Assembly (NCBI GenBank): GCA_907165135.1
Contig: OU015569.1
Coordinates: 9,486,001 to 9,550,000, forward strand
Direction: 5' to 3'
From: Oikopleura dioica
Lineage: Eukaryota > Animalia > Chordata
DNA: 64,000 nt
Every line of letters begins with the position of its first letter. Position 1 is the stretch's first letter. Below are positions 61,280 to 64,000 of the stretch, piece after piece. The notes under the pieces were generated by a model, which was given only the letters and a program-made list of their open reading frames with translations, was not told the origin of the DNA and searched no databases. A program made the translations under genes and the position numbers.

Positions 61280-61750
61280 CCTTGCCACCAAAATTTATAA
61301 AAATAAACTATCCATGATAAAAGAGGTCACATGGGCTACCTTGAACGGAGACTTGATGAAATATAAATGTTTATGAAAAACATTTCCTGTCATGCAGCTC
61401 TTGCAAATTACATAGAGAGGTCGATAATTTGCACGCGACCTGGCTTAACTTTCGTTCCGGGTGAAAAAACTCTCCAGCCAGGAAATTACCATTCGCAAGC
61501 AGCTTTTTGGTCTTACAACTAGTTCTACAGTAATATTCGGCGACAAAGGCCTCGGGAGTTTACTGTACACGATCTGTCCTCATTGGTGCTTATGATGAAT
61601 TAGCATCTGTAATTTACCCATGAGATCCAGTGATGATCCTGCTTCTGGCTTAATCTATCTGGACATTGGCCGCTCCCTAAATCATCATTTGTGTCAATTA
61701 TTAAGAACGAGTTCTGCCACATTCTTCTAAGTTCAATCCAGCTCTCCTTG
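61280..61750 (+). pseudogene. Decayed Ty3/gypsy-type integrase remnant
   Basis: IHDKRGHMG...LANYIERSIICTR resembles the HHCC zinc finger. Frameshifted segments VLIGAYDELASV and SDDPASG...HHLCQLL resemble the D..D core. Multiple stops. Confidence 0.5.
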
Positions 61751-62659
61751 AAATATTTTTACCGTAGATAAGGTACTCCTAGAAACTTAATAAAAGTCAC
61801 GTTGGGCTCCGCTCTTAGTTCCAAAATTCTAGAAAAAACCGTCACCATCTTGATTCTCGAGTGCTTTATGAACTCTCCCAGGAAGACGAACAACCCGATA
61901 AAAGGTGTTTTTATGTTCATTTCCATGTCTAGTTTTTGAAAAGCTTCCAAAACTCGAGACGATCAAAACGTGACCTCCAAGAAAAGAGCGTTTTTCTAAA
62001 AAATATTTTAACTTGGATAGCGGCGCTTTAGATTGTGGACTCCAATCGTGGATCTAAAATCATTTTTTCGTCTTATCAGAAATTTGTTATCAAAGCCGGG
62101 AGAGCAGCCTTCCAATGATACTTTGGTATAACAAATTATTTGATCTTGCGATTTTTGGCAAAACAACTTCGACTGTCCAGACGCTCTTTTAAATTGCCCT
62201 ATGTTAAACAAATACGGCAATATTCAAATTTCTGCTCAAAGGTTCTTGCATCATCCTCTAATAAAACACGCGTAAAAACGTCACTGACAGTCAAATTTTG
62301 CCGCTGCAACTACTGTAACTAAATTTGTCTTAATGACTCTTATATATTTCTATTTTTCGCTACATTTGCTCATGGAAGACTGTAGGAACCGCTGCACCAC
62401 TACAATCGTGTTCATCACCGCAATGCGGCGCTACATAAACTCATATTAAAGCACAGGCACGACTTTATTGAAAAAGAAGGAATTATTGAAGAAATTCAAA
62501 ATGAGAATCGCTTTTTTCGCTCCTCTTTTCTTGCCAACGGGTTGAAATCTAAGAGACTTTACTTAATAAAAAACTACCAATAAAAAAACCAAATCTACAG
62601 GCTTGTAATTACAATAATATCGTTTTGAAACTGTATTTTAACCCGTTTTCCGACTGTGA

Positions 62660-62844
62660 ATGCTGTCCGTTCCCGACATCACCACGCAAGCTCGCATGTT
62701 TCAAAAAAGTCCAACTTTGAATCCTTCCCGATAAGTCAGCTTTTATTTTTTTTTAAATAATTAACGAGCCAATTTAGTTGATAATTTGGACGACGACGTT
62801 GTCAATTACCTCTACTCAATAATGAACGATGGCGAGGCAGCAAA
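62660..62844 (+). CDS. Possible first two exons of an unresolved gene
   Basis: A phase-matched GT-AG intron (62709-62777) gives MLSVPDITTQARMFQKIDNLDDDVVNYLYSIMNDGEAAK, reminiscent of the LDEVIFSYV / IDGQVFDYV N-termini of CUEDC2 and ABCF3. Downstream exons could not be joined. Confidence 0.3.
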
Positions 62845-64000
62845 GTATAACTGAATATCTTTTAAGACGAAAATACATCTTATTTTATCATATTTGATTA
62901 TTCTGACTCTTTATTTCAATGTCCTTGTTAGATCAGCAGATTTTCTTTAGAAAATATAGAGGACTCGATAAGGCTCGACAGAAGTGACGGATTTTAAAAG
63001 CCTTTCACTAAAAGCTTTTCGGCGAGTATCGAGACACAGTCCCCGAATAACCGTATTTCCGATAAAAGGAACTCATTCCGTGTCGTGCAAAAAGAGCTGG
63101 CTTGAGAGGTATCCCTCTATTGCACGGCGCTTCTAAACCCGATACATGGCTGACTCCTTCTGGATTAGGAGTGATCTTTCTACTTCTAATTGTTCCCGAT
63201 CCTCCCTAAAGAGATGATCCAACAATCTTCTAAACATCGAAATTGGAACCCTCTTTTGTCTCTTTCACGATTAGTTTAAGAAAACACAAGCAAACGCGAG
63301 CCAACTTTCCCATCCCTTTTATACAACTACTGGTATACTCTCTTGGATTTTAAATTTCCGAAAAGGAGTATAAAAAAACGCAGAAAAAAAAATTCTTTTA
63401 AAAAGTTCCCGAAAGTCTCTTTGTAGTACGGCTGGGTAAAAGCTGAAAATAGGTTTAGCCGTGCACTTCCTGGAGAATAATTTCTATTAGCCTTTTTTAA
63501 GTAACAGAGTTTGCTACGCCTCTCAATAGAAATATCCTGCTTTCAAGCGGTGAAAATCGAGAAAGAGGTTCTTCGAATCGCAATTTGTGAGAAATATCAT
63601 TCTTTTAACAAGCTAGAAAGAGCCGAACATAAAAGGCAGCGGGGATTTTCGGGTGAAAGTGCTTTTCGAAAGCATTTTTGATATCGTGGAGATATTTCCG
63701 ACGTGTACGATTTCAAACAATTTAGATTTCGCCTTGTTAAACGAAAGCCCCCCGAATTAAAGATAAATGCGCATTAAGGGTCTCCCCGAGGAAACGTGAT
63801 TTTATGGCTTCGTTAAAAAACTATTTTTTTTGACGAAGACTAACTTTATTAAGTTGGAAAGGAAGCACTTCCGCTTCGGGATTCGACGTGATTCAAGATT
63901 TTTGACGCATTTTTTGAGATAATTACTTTGCTGAAATGCGATTCTGGGGCCCGAACCATCCGAAAATGGCAAAATACACTGGAGAGGGCAGTCTTGATTC

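Noticed and set aside
1-64000. Frequent GATAAG and TCTAGA hexamers
   Set aside because: Rough expectation at this base composition is about 20 per strand, so I see no clear enrichment.
1-64000. CRISPR arrays, rRNA genes, SL RNA gene, intact transposase or reverse transcriptase
   Set aside because: None seen. There are no regularly spaced repeats, no rRNA-length homology and no intact DDE or YxDD ORF.

Overview
AT-rich, gene-dense eukaryotic DNA with many 35-65 nt introns and frequent non-GT donors. This style fits a larvacean tunicate such as Oikopleura; the organism is an inference. Hand-spliced models give 12 likely intact or partial genes: a small single-pass TM gene (partial), CSPG4/NG2, a BK-channel beta subunit (KCNMB family) and an orphan basic gene that the ORF track misses, a SERHL-type hydrolase with an intronless secreted gene nested antisense in one intron, GALK2, SPAG7, MPP5/PALS1, SEC16 (19 kb), CAB39/MO25 and a divergent POU gene. 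There is also a 752-bp TTAA-flanked MITE, several decayed ORFs or retroelement relics, and a candidate intronic C/D snoRNA. The strongest signal is a splice-donor rule. Seven introns are forced by homology, phase and stop codons to start GA or GG. All seven follow an exonic AG, and all seven carry an unusable GT at intron position +5 to +8. Splice models were built by eye without RNA data or database searches, and inner exon boundaries may be off by a few nt.
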